This document shows, one piece after another, positions 1 through 14,158 of a stretch of 64,000 nt of DNA (within the stretch, counting starts at the first letter, position 1; each line of letters starts with the position of its first letter). The position numbers and the translations under genes are program-made. The stretch spans positions 40,424,001 to 40,488,000 of the forward strand of contig OZ024756.1 of NCBI GenBank assembly GCA_964016885.1. Direction: 5' to 3'. The notes beneath the pieces were generated by a model. That model was not told the origin of the DNA, did no database searches, and worked only from the letters and a program-made list of their open reading frames with translations. The stretch comes from Eledone cirrhosa. Lineage: Eukaryota.

Positions 1-315
1 ACACAATAGCTGTCACTGCCAGTGCAAGGAGAATAAAGAAAGAAGCAATCATGTATTCTTTATCAAACAAAATGAGCCAAACGACATTGAGAATTAAGTT
101 GATGATGTAGATGATGAAAAAGTAGGCAGGTAGAAATATTTCGTGTTTGTAAAAGTAATCGTTCTCCCACTTAATGCAGATTGCAACATTACAGTAGATG
201 ATCCATACAGCCATCCAGAAGTATATTACTCCCCAAATCCCAAAAGTCCAATTAGCTGGAGTAATTCCAGTCATATAGTCCTGAGATATGTTTCCCATCG
301 TTCTTGTGTAGATAC
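1..315 (-). CDS. Partial large coding exon of a multi-pass membrane protein (TspO/tryptophan-rich-sensory-like, si:ch211-161h7.5-type family); paralog A, runs off the window
   Basis: Acceptor ttctAG at 317-316, then a phase-1 open frame (G)IYTRTMGNISQDYMTGITPANWTFGIWGVIYFWMAVWIIYCNVAICIKWENDYFYKHEIFLPAYFFIIYIINLILNVVWLILFDKEYMIASFFILLALAVTAIV. Colinear with the paralog exon at 9554-8761. Confidence 0.85.
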
Positions 316-2155
316 CTAGAATGGGAGAAGAGAGAAAGAAAGAAAAGAAAAAAGCACACAAATAAACGAGAGTCAAAGTTCAGTAATCAAGAAAGAAAAA
401 AAGAGGAGGGGGGGGGGGTAACTGATCATCAGATCAGACCAAGGAAACCATGATTCCATTGGTCTTTCTATTGCTGATATTATCTGTTGGTCACAACTCC
501 TGGAAGAAGAAAGGAACTGATCATCAGATCAGTTCACAGAAACAATGTTTCCATTGGTCTTTCTATTGCTGATACTGTTTGTCAGTCACAACTCCTGGTA
601 GAAGAATCACAGCTTTCTTTAGTGACAATATAGCGAGATTTGAACACAGAATGAGCTGGAATAGATACCCCAAATTATCCTGGCTCTCATTGATTTTGTT
701 TATTGACTCCGAAAGTATGACAAGCAAAGATGACCACAGCAGGAATTGAACTCAGCATATAGAGAGCTGGAATATATAGAGAGTTATTTAACTCAGCATA
801 TAGAGAACTATAATATATAGAGAGTTATTTAACTCAGCATATAGAGAGCTATAATATATAGAGAGTTATTTATCCCAACACTATCCCAGCATATAGAGAG
901 CTGGAATATATAGAGAGGCATTTAACACAATACTAACAACTCAGCCAATTAAAAACCAATAATTCATTAATCAACTAACAAAAAAAGTGTTTTATTTTTT
1001 TAATTAGTAAAAACACAAGAAACAAAAAAGGCCATGCTGGGGCATTGTTCCAAAAGAGAGACATTTGATGTGAGAATAATTCAGAGAACAAGCAACAAAA
1101 AAGGCCGTGCTGGGGCATTGTTTCAGAGAGAGATTGCGAGAATAACTTGAAGATTAAACAAGAAACAAAAAAGGCCATGCTGGGGCATTGTTTCAGAGAG
1201 AGATGTGAGAATAACTCAGAGATTAAACAAGAAACAAAGTACAACTACAATTAAAAACAGAAGCTGTGTAAACTACACAAATACAAAGAAAACAGAGCTT
1301 TTGTGTTGTTGTTAGTGGTCTGCTCTAGAATAAGAGGCAGTGCCCATGGTGGGGGTGGGGGTAGCTATGACTTACAAGGGAGGCAGTACCTAAGGTTTGC
1401 TCTAAAGTAAGGGGTGGTACAGTAGATATAGCTTGCTCTAAAGTAAGGGTGTGTATGCAGTACCCATGGCTTGCTCTAAAGTAAGGAGGTATGTGCAGTA
1501 CCCATGGCTTGCTCTAAAGTAAGGGGTGGTACAGTAGCTATGTCTTTTCTAGGTTCTCCAAGACCAGTGAGATTGATGTTTTTGATGTTCCTTTTAAACA
1601 GTTGTTAGCTAATTAATGACTACAAGAAGAATATACTCAGAATTCCAAGGAAGGAGGACTGGAAGTTGGTTAGTAAAGTTCCGGAGAGGAGTTAGCCTCG
1701 ATTGGCCCTCATTCAGCAATCCTTAACCCTCTTCATGCCAACTCAGTCTATGAAACAAAACCACGTATTTTAAAAAGTTCTCTATTCAAATCCAAATCTT
1801 CCAACATCATTTTATTTAAAAACCAATATTAAGATACTGTTATCACCTTTGTAATAAACTAATTACTGTACTATTAAGACAGTTATCACCTTTGTAATTA
1901 CTGTACTATTAAGATACTGTTATCACCTTTGTAATAAATTACTGTACTATCTTAGTAATAAAACAATTGAGTTGTGGTATTTGAGAATGCTCATGATTGC
2001 TTTCTTTTATAAACCAATTGCTTCCCATGAAAGGTCAGCCATTGTGGATTAGATATGTCTCTGTTGCAGATTAAATATACAACTGTTGTCAATTATATAT
2101 ACCACTGTTGTAGATTATATATACCACTGTTGTAGATTATATATACCACTTGTAG

Positions 2156-2202
<47 letters not shown>

Positions 2203-3257
2203 CTGTTGTAGATTAGATATACCACCATTGTTGATTAGATATATATATATACACCTCTGTTGTAGATTGTATATAGATATATATACATACCACAGTTGTG
2301 GATTAGCTATATACCTTAATATCCAAAGTTTTACTACCCAAATTTCACATTTTACAGTTCAGTATAAAGTTCTTGTTTTCTCACAACCCAAATTTCACAT
2401 TTTAGTCGAATGCAATAAAGCAGAGATATATTTTCCAATCTTTTCGTTCCTTTGCCCAATGTTATGTTATAATCACATTGGTTAGCTGCCGAGACACTGC
2501 ATCCTTCAAAACCTCCATCCTTCCTGAAATTCACCAACACTACACCTGATATCCCCTCTCCATACACACGCACACATGTATATCATGACTTATACACTGT
2601 TCACTTTCCTGACGTTTATACCTTATTCTATGTTCTATACATGCACCTTTGATGAGTTGTAGTGCACCTGAGCACTGTACACAATAATTTCATTGTGGAT
2701 TGACAGTATCGGTAGAGAGTCAGACACCATGCTTTCCAGCATAGTTACGTCCCTTTACGGTCTGAGTTCAAATCCCGCCGACGTTAACTTTGCCTTTCAT
2801 CCTTTCGGGGTCGATAAAATAAAGTAGCAGTAATGTACTGGGATAATTGCTGGCCTTGTGCCTAAAGTAGAAACAATTATCAAGGTGGTCGTGGAGGTGC
2901 CACAGCAAAAAAGCACCCAGCACTCACTGTAAATGAGGTTGGTGTTAAGAAGGGCATCCAGCTGTAGAAATCAAGCCAGAATCAGTTCCTGTATGAGCAA
3001 GGCATGGTCAGCCGACCAGACACTGCCCACAACAGGACAACCCATCTAACCCATGCTCGCATGGAAGAACAGACGTAAAACGGTGATGATGTTCTTCCTT
3101 TATATCCTTACAATTCTATCTCCAGTCAATATATAGTCTTATACTTTCATCACCAGTCAATATATAGTCTTATACTTTCATCTCCAGTCTATATATATAG
3201 TCAGTTTCATCACCAGTCAATATATAGTCTTATACTTTCATCTCCAGTCTATATATA

Positions 3258-4075
3258 TAGTCCTATAGTTCCATCACCAGTGTATATAGTCCTATAGTTC
3301 CATCACCAGTGCATATAGTCCTATAGTTCCATCACCAGTGCATATAGTCCTATAGTTCCATCACCAGTGTATATAGTCCTATAGTTCCATCACCAGTGCA
3401 TATAGTCCTATAGTTCCATCACCAGTGTATATAGTCCTATAGTTCCATCACCAGTGCATATAGTCCTATAGTTCCATCACCAGTGTATATAGTCCTATAG
3501 TTCCATCACCAATGCATATAGTCCTATAGTTCCATCACCAGTGTATATAGTCCTATAGTTCCATCACCAGTGCATATAGTCCTATAGTTCCATCACCAGT
3601 GTATATAGTCCTATAGTTCCATCACCAATGCATATAGTCCTATAGTTCCATCACCAGTGCATATAGTCCTATAGTTCCATCACCAGTGCATATAGTCCTA
3701 TAGTTCCATCACCAATGCATATAGTCCTATAGTTCCATCACCAGTGCATATAGTCCTATAGTTCCATCACCAATGCATATAGTCCTATAGTTCCATCACC
3801 AGTGCATATAGTCCTATAGTTCCATCACCAGTGCATATAGTCCTATAGTTCCATCACCAGTGCATATAGTCCTATAGTTCCATCACCAGTGCATATAGTC
3901 CTATAGTTCCATCACCAGTGCATATAGTCCTATAGTTCCATCACCAGTGTATATAGTCCTATAGTTCCATCACCAGTGCATATAGTCCTATAGTTCCATC
4001 ACCAGTGCATATAGTCCTATAGTTCCATCACCAGTGTATATAGTCCTATAGTTCCATCACCAGTGCATATAGTCT
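3258..4075. repeat. 29-bp minisatellite, ~28 copies
   Basis: tagtcctatagttccatcaccagtg(c/t)ata; degenerate precursors from ~3115. Confidence 0.95.
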
Positions 4076-5117
4076 TATACTTTCATCTCCAATCAATATA
4101 TATTCTTATAGATTCAATAGATGTTTATAGAACAGAATACCTCCAGTCACCCTTGTCTTATTTCACTTCTCAGACTTAATTTTCTTAAACCTAACTCCAC
4201 TCTTCCAAGATTTCCTAACCCTATCCCTGACTTGCCACTCTTAATTTTCTCAAACCTAACTCCAGTTTTTGTTGCGGCACCAGCACAAACACCTTTGTTG
4301 TTGATGTACCACCAGATCCCCATACAGGGTGTACTTAGTGCTTTTTTTTGTCATTGCTGAAGTATCATGGTAGAGTAAATGTGGAGCTTGTCCAGCGTTC
4401 CATGCTTGTGTTGGACGGGGGGGGGGGGGGGGGGCAAGAATGTAAGTTGGACATGGATGTGGTAAGTGAGATATTTAGCTGGCAGGAGGAGGGGAGTATT
4501 AACCCTTTTGGAATAACAACACCGAAAGCATGTTTGAAATGGATTACATGAAATGGATTACATAATTAAGAAACTGCCTGTAGACATCGAGTCAAGAATT
4601 GCATCGTGTCATTAAGATGTACGATTGCACCACATTATGTCTAATTACATCAAAGAAGTTATCAAAATCTAGCCTTTGTACTTTATTATTACAGTGTATA
4701 TATATATATATATGATGATGTCACACCAGTGCCAAATGCTGTTGTAATGATTGCATAACCATTCTACACAGGTGCCACTGAAATACGTATTATCCAATAA
4801 ATACAATTATGTAACATCTGTCTTAACATTAATTTCATATATGGAAACTCTGTTGAATTTGATTGCCACCATAATGCTGGATAGAGTGGTGTTACCAGCT
4901 TACACTTGTTTATCAAGATGTAAATGAGGTTGGTGTTAGGAAGGGCATCCAGCTGTAGAAATCAAGCCAAAATCAGTTCCTGTATGAGCAAGGCATGGTC
5001 AGCCAACCAGACACTGCCCACAACAGGACAACAACCCGTCTAACCCATGCTAGCGTGGAAGAACGGACGCAAAACGGTGATGATGATGATGATGTCACAA
5101 CACAACTCTTATGGATA

Positions 5118-6869
5118 TCATTAGAAATATGGTAACAAAAGGGTTAATGACATAGGCAGTGTCTTTCATTAGAAATATGGTAATGAAAGGGTTAATGACA
5201 TAGGCAGTGTCTTTCATTAGAAATATGGTAATGAAAGGGTTAATGACATAGGTAGTGTCTTTCATTAGAAATATGGTAATGAAAGGGTTAATGACATAGG
5301 CAGTCTTTCATTAGAAATATGGTAATGAAAGGGTTAATGGCATAGGCAGTGTCTTTCATTAGAAATATGGTAATGAAAGGGTTAATGGCATAGGCAGTGT
5401 CTTTCATTAGAAATATGGTAATGAAAGGGTTAATGACATAGAAAGTGTCTTTCATTAGAAATATGGTAATGAAAGGGTTAATGGCATAGGCAGTGTCTTT
5501 CATTAGAAATATGGTAATGAAAGGGTTAATGACATAGGCAGTGTCTTTCATTAGAAATATGGTAATGAAAGGGTTAATGACATAGGCAGTGTCTTTCATT
5601 AGAAATATGGTAATGAAAGGGTTAATGACATAGACAGTGTCTTTCATTAGAAATATGGTAATGAAAGGGTTAATGACATAGGTAGTGTCTTTCATTAGAA
5701 ATATGGTAATGGAAGGGTTAATGACATAGACAGTGTCTTTCATTAGAAATATGGTAATGAAAGGGTTAATGACATAGGTAGTGTTTTTCATTAGAAATAT
5801 GGTAATGAAAGGGTTAATGACATAGACAGTGTCTTCCATTAGAAATATGGTAATGAAAGGGTTAATGACATAGTGTTTTTCATTAGAAATATGGTAATGA
5901 AAGGGTTAATGACATAGACAGTGTCTTCCATTAGAAATATGGTAATGAAAGGGTTAATGACATAGATAGTGTCTTTCATTAGAAATATGGTAATGAAAGG
6001 GTTAATGACATAGGTAGTGTCTTTCATTAGAAATATGGTAATGAAAGGGTTAATGACATAGACAGTGTCTTCCATTAGAAATATGGTAATGAAAGGGTTA
6101 ATGACATAGGCAGTGTCTTTCATTAGAAATATGGTAATGAAAGGGTTAATGACATAGACAGTGTCTTCCATTAGAAATATGGTAATGAAAGGGTTAATGA
6201 CATAGACAGTGTCTTCCATTAGAAATATGGTAATGAAAGGGTTAATGACATAGGCAGTGTCTTCCATTAGAAATATGGTAATGAAAGGGTTAATGACATA
6301 GGCAGTGTCTTTCATTAGAAATATGGTAATGAAAGGGTTAATGACATAGGTAGTGTCTTTCATTAGAAATATGGTAATGGAAGGGTTAATGACATAGGCA
6401 GTGTCTTCCATTAGAAATATGGTAATGAAAGGGTTAATGACATAGACAGTGTCTTTCGTTAGAAATATGGTAATGAAAGGGTTAATGACATAGGCAGTGT
6501 CTTCCATTAGAAATATGGTAATGAAAGGGTTAATGGCATAGGCAGTGTCTTTCGTTAGAAATATGGTAATGAAAGGGTTAATGACATAGGCAGTGTCTTT
6601 CATTAGAAATATGGTAATGAAAGGGTTAATGACATAGGCAGTGTCTTTCATTAGAAATATGGTAATGAAAGGGTTAATGACAGAGGCAGTGTCTTTCATT
6701 AGAAATATGGTAATGAAAGGGTTAATGACATAGGCAGTGTCTTTCATTAGAAATATGGTAATGAAAGGGTTAATGACATAGGCAGTGTCTTTCATTAGAA
6801 ATATGGTAATGAAAGGGTTAATGACATAGGCAGTGTCTTTCATTAGAAATATGGTAATGAAAGGGTTAA
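5118..6869. repeat. 48-bp minisatellite, ~36 copies
   Basis: agaaatatggtaatgaaagggttaatgacataggcagtgtctttcatt. Confidence 0.95.
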
Positions 6870-7009
6870 AGTGTAATTCCCAGTGCTGACAAATAACTAC
6901 CATTCAAGGTCACATGTATCCATTAACATAACCCGAATTACACAAGTTAAACAACATTGTTTGAATAACACAAAATAAATTCCATGCATCCACAAATGCT
7001 GCAATACCC

Positions 7010-7645
7010 CACCCCACGACACATGCACACAGTGCAACACCACACGACACATGCACACACAGTGCAACACCCCACGACATGCACACACAGTGCAACAACA
7101 CACCACACAGTGCAACACCCCATGACACATGCACACACAGTGCAACACCACACGACACATGCACACAGTGCAACAACACCACACAGTGCAACACCATACG
7201 ACACATGCACACACAGTGCAACACCCCACGACACATGTACACAGTGCAACAACACACCACACATGCACACACAGTGCAACACCCCACGACATGCACACAC
7301 AGTGCAACACCACACGACACATGCACACAGTGCAACAACACACCACACAGTGCAACACCACACGACACATGCACACACAGTGCAACACCCCACGACACAT
7401 GTACACAGTGCAACAACACACCACACAGTGCAACACACCACACATGCACACACAGTGCAACACCACACGACACATGCACACACAGTGCAACACCACACGA
7501 CACATGCACACACAGTGCAACAACACACCACACAGTGCAACACCACACGACACATGCACACAGTGCAACACCACACCACACAACACCCCACGACACATGC
7601 ACCCAGTGCAACACACCACACCACACATGCACACACAGTGCAACA
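7010..7645. repeat. Complex CA-rich satellite
   Basis: Shuffled modules acacagtgcaacacc and cacgacacatgc. Confidence 0.9.
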
Positions 7646-8440
7646 TCACTACCACCACCACTCCTACACACTCCAACAACACACACATTGCCATCATCAT
7701 CACATTATACACAACAAAAGACCCCCCCTGGTAATATCTCACTAAAATACACAACTAAAATACAGATTTGGGATATTTATTTTTATAATATTTATTCATT
7801 AATTGAAAATAAATAAAACAGCAATAATAATAATAATAATGGTTTCTTGTATAGGCACAGGGCCAACATTTTAGGAGAGGGGAAAGTTTTGATTAAATCA
7901 TCCCCAGTGCATTACTGGTACTTTATTTTATAAATAAAACAGCAATAATAATGTTGCCAGTGTTGTAGGTGGTGTGGACAGTAGAAGCAGTGGGCTCTGT
8001 TAGTGGACAGTAGAAGATTGCAGTCAGTTTGAAGATAGGACACGGTGAAAAGAGAATAGTTGTTGGGGGCTGTTCAGATACTTTAGAGAGTCCTCAATTC
8101 CTAAATATACCACCTCAGTCCACTGATTGAGGACAGTTGGTTCTTATATACCACCTCAGTCCACTGATTGAGGACAGTTGGTTCTTATATACCACCTCAG
8201 TCCACTGATTGAGGACAGTTGGTTCTTGGCTGGCATCTCTGGTAAATGTCTTACAGATGACAATAATAATAATAATTGTTTCTACTTTTGGCACAAGGCC
8301 AGCAATTATCCCAGTGCATTACTGTTACTTTATTTTATCGACCACGTAAGGATGAAAGGCAATAATAATAATAATAATTTTGCATCACATTTTTAAAATG
8401 TCAGTAATTGAATAATTGTTTTCTTTGTTTTTCTTTTAGA

Positions 8441-8750
8441 TAAATAAATAAAGTTTATTGTGGTTTTAAATAAATAAAGTTTATTGTGGTTTTAAATAAA
8501 TAAAGTTTATTGTGGTTTTAAATAAATAAAGTTTATTGTGGTTTTAAATAAATAAAGTTTATTGTGGTTTTAAATAAATAAAGTTTATTGTGGGTTTAAA
8601 TAAATAAAGTTTATTGTGGTTTTAAATAAATAAAGTTTATTGTGGTTTTAAATAAATAAAGTTTATTGTGGGTTTAAATAAATAAAGTTTATTGTGGTTT
8701 TAAATAAATAAAGTTTATTGTGGGTTTAAATAAATAAAGTTTATTGTGGT
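8441..8750. repeat. 26-bp minisatellite x12 in the 3'UTR of paralog B
   Basis: aaataaataaagtttattgtggtttt; AATAAA on both strands in every unit. Confidence 0.95.
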
Positions 8751-8760
8751 TAGTGCCGTT

Positions 8761-10475
8761 TCAGAGAGGAAGGCTGGTTTGTGGTCCATTGAAATGCCGC
8801 CAAATCGTAAAGAGGAATTTGGTGACGAAAGTCACAGAACTGAGAATCAACATGACAAGAACTACAATACCGATTCTATCAATGCTGCCCACATCAACTT
8901 GTTTGTGAACGACACCAGAGAAAACAATGACCAGTATTAGATAAGGAGTGATCAGGTAACGAGTAAAGGTGTCGAGGATGGCAATATCGAGTGTAAACCA
9001 GGTAACTATGAGGACGACCAATATACAAAGAGGAACCAAGTCACTGATGTACCGACTCACTTCCCAACGGTAATGTAGTGCGATGTCCAGGTTCATGTGC
9101 ATCAACAAGGTGACCCAGCTGCCATAGAAAGCAATCCCATTGTGAACAAGAAGCTGGATCAGACAGGCCTGGGTGCCAAAGTTGTTTTTAATTAAGGTGT
9201 CCCCGAACAGGTATAGGTAGTAGATTGATATGGCCAGAGTGCAGAAAGAGGAAACTGTCATTGTAAGTCCAACAAAGAGACTAGCGATGAAGTAAGCACG
9301 GTCATAAAGGATGAACCAGCTGATATTGAGGCAGAGGGTAAAGGCGAAGGTCAGGTAGAATTTAGTGGGAAAGACTTCTGGTTGAAGGTAAAGGTAAGTG
9401 CTGCCATTGACAGTACATACAGTAGACACACAAAATAGAAGCCAGGCAGCCGTCCAGATATAAACAGCATACCAAATATTGAAAGTCCAGTTTGCAGGGG
9501 AAAATCCTGTACCATAGACATTAGAAACATTGTGAATAGATGTAGTGTAGATACCTGGAAAGGGAAGAGGTGGTTAGTGTGTTAAACAGAATAAATAGGG
9601 CTTAGTTTAGATGGCAAGTTAAAGTGGGGTTAGTTTACAAAGCAGAATAAATAGGGGTTAGTTTACAAATCAGAATAAAGAGGGATTAGTTTAGATGGCA
9701 GAATATATGCGGGTTAGTTTACAAAACAGAATATATGGGGGTTAATTTAGATGGCAAGATAAAGAGGGATTAGTTTAGAAGGCAGAATAAAGAGAGGTTA
9801 ATTTAGATGGCAAGATAAAAAGGGGTTAATTCAGATGGCAGAATAAAGAGGAGTTAGTTTACAAAGCAGAATATATAGGGGTTAGTTTATAAGGCAGAAT
9901 ATATACCCACACCTCCCCAGCTATCTACACAACCTTACCCAACTGCCCACCCTTACCTAACATCTTACTATCTTCAGTCAAACAATCGACATTTTTCAAT
10001 TATCATTACAAGGTAAACATCGATAATTAACTGTTCTGTTCTTAATTAATAAAACTAATTATCCATTAAGAGAGAGATCAAGACCAGGAAATGATGAGTG
10101 ACAAATACATACAGGAGAGTTGACTTAATTAATAAATGTTGTAATTATATAATTAAAAGTGTGAGGGTGGTCGGCTGGCAGAGTCGGTAGAACGTCCAAA
10201 AACATGCTTTGAGATATTCAGTTGTGTTTCTTTATATTCTGAGTTCAAATACCGTTGAGGTCAACTTTTCATCCTTTCGAGGTCGATAAAAAGAATTATC
10301 AGTCTAGACTGGAGTATAGGTGGAATTAGACAAACCAGACATTTTGTGGGATTATCTATTCCAGTTCCTTTTTAAAGACTGTTTTAAAAACTACCAAAAT
10401 TGGAAGATACCTGAGAGTGTACAGGTGAAACTCCAGAGTAACAAGACTCACTAGTATAGTGCATATATATATATA

Positions 10476-10517
<42 letters not shown>

Positions 10518-10652
10518 ATCATCATCATCATCGTTTAACGTCTATCTTCTACGCTAGCATGGGTTTAGACGGGAATTGTCCCACTTGAGGCAAGATTGGT
10601 TGTCTTGCTCGTATAGGACTGTCTGGCAGGTTTTCTACAGCTGGATGCCCTT

Positions 10653-10692
<40 letters not shown>

Positions 10693-11701
10693 TATATATA
10701 TATCATTATCATCATTTTACGTCCGCTTTTCCCTGCTTGCAAGAACTGATTCTGGTTTGATTTCTACAGCTGGATGCCCTTCCTAACACCAACCTCAGTT
10801 ACAGTGAGTGCTGGGTGCTTTTTTTCCATGGCACCTCCCCGACTACTTTGCAGTGGAATGATAGGGACCCCAGTCCCTATCATCTCATTTCTACAGCTGA
10901 GTAAACTGGAGCAATGTGAAATAAAGTGTCTTGCTCAAGGAAACAACACATCACCCGGTCCGAGAATTGAACTCACAACCTTTCGATTGCAAGGCCAATG
11001 TTCTAACCACTAAGCCATGTGCCTCCATATATTATATAAATGGCTTTTATAAGACAAGAACTGCTTCATTCGGGAGAAATTATCAGGAAGCCGGGCTTCT
11101 CCCGAATGAAACAGTTCTAGTCCTGTAGAAGCCATTTCTATATTATATATTTATACTCTGCTATGTATTGAGTACCTTACTTACTGTGGTTACCCACAAT
11201 TGAACCCAGCATAACTTTATATATATATATATATATATAATATATATATAATATATATATAATGTATATATGAGTTGTGACAGCACAGGTGCCAAGCTAT
11301 ACTGGTCCTACCTTTCGGTTGAATAACATCATATATAGTGTATATATACTATACATAATATATATAGTGTATATATAGTATATATATATATATATATATA
11401 TATACAGTGTATATATAGTGCATATACAGTATATATAGTGTATATATGAGGGGCTAAGCAGTACTGGCCCTACCTTTCTGTTGGGTAATAATGGTGTCAT
11501 AGAAAAAGGGGAGTTGTTATGTGGGAAACTCGTGGGTTTTCTATAAAATACTTCCACTGAGGCCTGTGTTCCACAGAAGAATCTGCCAGATACAGCAACG
11601 AGGTCAACTCTGAGTAATGGAGAACTTGGAACAGAAAATCTGCAGCAAACACACACAACCACATCAAACAGTGTCATGGGATAATTATTCCTCATACATA
11701 G

Positions 11702-11732
<31 letters not shown>

Positions 11733-13315
11733 CACTCTCTCAGACACACACATACAGTCACTCTCTCAGACACACACACACACCCACAGTCACTCTCTCA
11801 GACACACATATACAGTAACACACACACCCACACAGTCACTCTCTCAGACACACACACACCCACACAGTCACTCTCTGACACACACACCCACACACAGCCA
11901 GTATATCAGACACACACATACAGTAAAACACACACACACCCACTCTCTCAGACACACACACACACAGCCACTCTCAGACACACACACACAGTATCACACA
12001 CAAACACCCACACACAGCCAGTATCTCAGACACACATACAGTATCACACACACACAGCCCCTCTGACACACAAACACAGCCAATCTCTCAGACACACACA
12101 GACACACACAGTCTCTCAGACAGTCACACACAGCCAGTCTCTCGCATACAGTATCACACACATACACACAGTAATACACACACACACACACAGCCAGTCT
12201 CTCGCATACACACAGTAATACACACACACAGCCAGTCTCTCGCATACAGTGTCACACACATACACACAGTAATACACACACACACACAGCCAGTCTCACA
12301 TACACACACGTTATGGTTGTGTTGTTTACAAAACGAAAGCCACACCGAAAGCAAATGTTAAAATATAAATCCACTGTACTGGGTAAGAGTGTATGTGCAC
12401 GTGTGTGTGTGTGCGCGCGTGTGCAGAAGTGATTGTGTGTGCGTATAAGAGAGTGTGTGTGTGTGTATATGTGTGTGAGTGAGTGTATGTGTGTGTGAGT
12501 GTGTATATATAGCAGATCTAGAGAATAAATTCCTACTGTGGAAACCAAACTTAGAATCAAAAGGTCTGAGAGAAAACTTAATAAAAAAACAAAATATCAA
12601 TAAGTAGGGAAATAGGATATTGATCACATCATCGATCTATATACATATAATTTACAAAATTATTAATTGTATTTGTATTACAATTTTCAAATCTATAAAT
12701 ATCGTATTTAATACTTCATATTAAGTTGCTACATAAAATTTCCGTAGGAGTTACCTCCCCTTATTTACTAATTTTGGTTTCGATTTTTTTTTTTATATTT
12801 GTTTTCTCTTTTTTTTTTGTTTCGTTTTAAATGCATTTTTTTATTAAATGTTTCAGATGTTGTTGTTGTTGTTGTGTATGTGTATATTTGTCATGTTAAG
12901 TAAGTGTCAAACGATATAACAGACGAGAAAGTGACATCCGAACGATTATCTTCCACACTGTAACAAGGTTGGCAATAGGAAAGGTATCTAGCTGTAGAAA
13001 CCTTGCCAAATACACAGATCTTTTGAGTGACAACCCATCAAACCCATGCAGACATGGAAAATGTACGTTAAACGATGATGATGATGATGATGGTGGTGAT
13101 GGTCATGGTGGTGGTGATGATGATAGTAGTGGTGGTGATGATGCATACATACATACATGCAAGAAAAGCAATAATAAAGTGTAAATGCGACAGAGTTGAA
13201 GTATCTTACCAGAACTGTACTCTGGTTGATTGGCGAAGGCATTGAGGATAGCTGTTGCAATAAATATTAGTAAAGTAGCAACAATCACAGCTATCTTAGC
13301 AGGCTTATGTTCCAT
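8761..13315 (-). CDS. Multi-pass membrane protein (TspO/tryptophan-rich-sensory-like family), paralog B, 299 aa, two coding exons
   Basis: Exon 13315-13210 (MEHKPAKIAVIVATLLIFIATAILNAFANQPEYSSG, donor G|GTAAG, phase 1) joins exon 9554-8761 (acceptor ttccAG|GT; IYTTSIHNVSNVYGTGFSPANWTFNIWYAVYIW...LVHNGIAFYGSW...TGA). 106+794=900 nt, in frame, with many hydrophobic segments. An acceptor 5 nt before the ATG implies an upstream exon. Confidence 0.88.
9575..9905. repeat. Imperfect ~31-bp tandem repeat next to the acceptor of paralog B
   Basis: ggttagtttagatggcagaataa-type units. Confidence 0.75.
11700..12310. repeat. CA-rich compound microsatellite
   Basis: (CA)n with cagtcactctctcaga and cagccagtctctc modules. 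Confidence 0.9.
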
Positions 13316-13398
13316 GTTGACTGTAAAGAGAAGAAAAACAAAAAAGTCTAGTTAGTCAGAGAAAGTGAAAAAAAAATCTTGTTTTATTACACACTTTC

Positions 13399-13826
13399 TT
13401 AACCCTTTAGCATTTAAACCAGCTTATCTGGCCAGAATTCTCTCACCACTTTCTGTTGAAACCGGCTGTAACTAGCTGTTCATACTTATGTTAAGATATT
13501 GTCCTCAAAAATAAATATCAAAATCTCATAGATTCGATATTGTGTGATAATTATGTGAGGTAAAGCCATTACCATGAAAGTATAATAGTATATATAGAGT
13601 AATGTAAATGTTATGTGAGACATTATGTGTGGTAAAGCCTTTACCATGAAAATACAATAGCATATATAGAGTAATGTAAATGTTATGCAAGATATTATGT
13701 GAGGTAAAGCCATTACCATGTAAATATAATAGTATATATAGAGTAATGTAAATGTTATGTGAGGTAAAGCCTTTACCATGAAAATACAATAGTAAATATA
13801 GAGTAATGTAAATGTTAAAGGGTTAA
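13399..13826. mobile_element. piggyBac-type MITE with internally triplicated segment
   Basis: TTAA|CCCTTTAGCATT ... AATGTTAAAGGG|TTAA; same family as 46413 and 49805. Confidence 0.8.
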
Positions 13827-14015
13827 ATATCTTAGAAGTACTGCCTTGTTTTTTACTAAATATATTTCATTATTGATCCCACACACACATTCCTCAAATC
13901 TTTATGAAATATTATATGTGGAAAATTAAATCTTAATTTCTTTTTGTCATTGAAACACTTCTTATATATCTTATGATATACATCTGCAAAACCAATCAGG
14001 CTATTGTTCACCACC

Positions 14016-14062
<47 letters not shown>

Positions 14063-14117
14063 CTGCACATGAGTAATTGTATAATTGTTTTTCCTTTTCT
14101 GTATAATCTCATTTAAA

Positions 14118-14158
14118 CCGGGCTGATGATCTGACCAAGGTGAAACAATTGTTCTCGG
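14118..14158 (+). ncRNA. Minimal type I hammerhead ribozyme in a ~190-bp (TA)n-embedded element
   Basis: Helix I CCGGG/CTCGG, CTGATGA, short weak helix II, GAAA, palindromic CAATTG, GUU triplet. Confidence 0.6.

Noticed and set aside
4200-4560. Possible missing first exon of paralog A or LINE fragment
   Set aside because: No phase-1 donor with a hydrophobic N-terminal peptide, and no motif I can identify.
5288-6903. 183- and 354-aa ORFs with INPFITIFLMKDT repeats
   Set aside because: Translation of a 48-bp satellite; frameshifted between ORFs, with no splice or homology support.
6897-7816. Cys/His-rich ORFs in all six frames
   Set aside because: CA-rich satellite lacking stop codons.
8761-9554. 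Bacterial contamination or recent horizontal transfer of the TspO-like gene
   Set aside because: Spliceosomal intron with matching phase and a tandem paralog in host repeat context.
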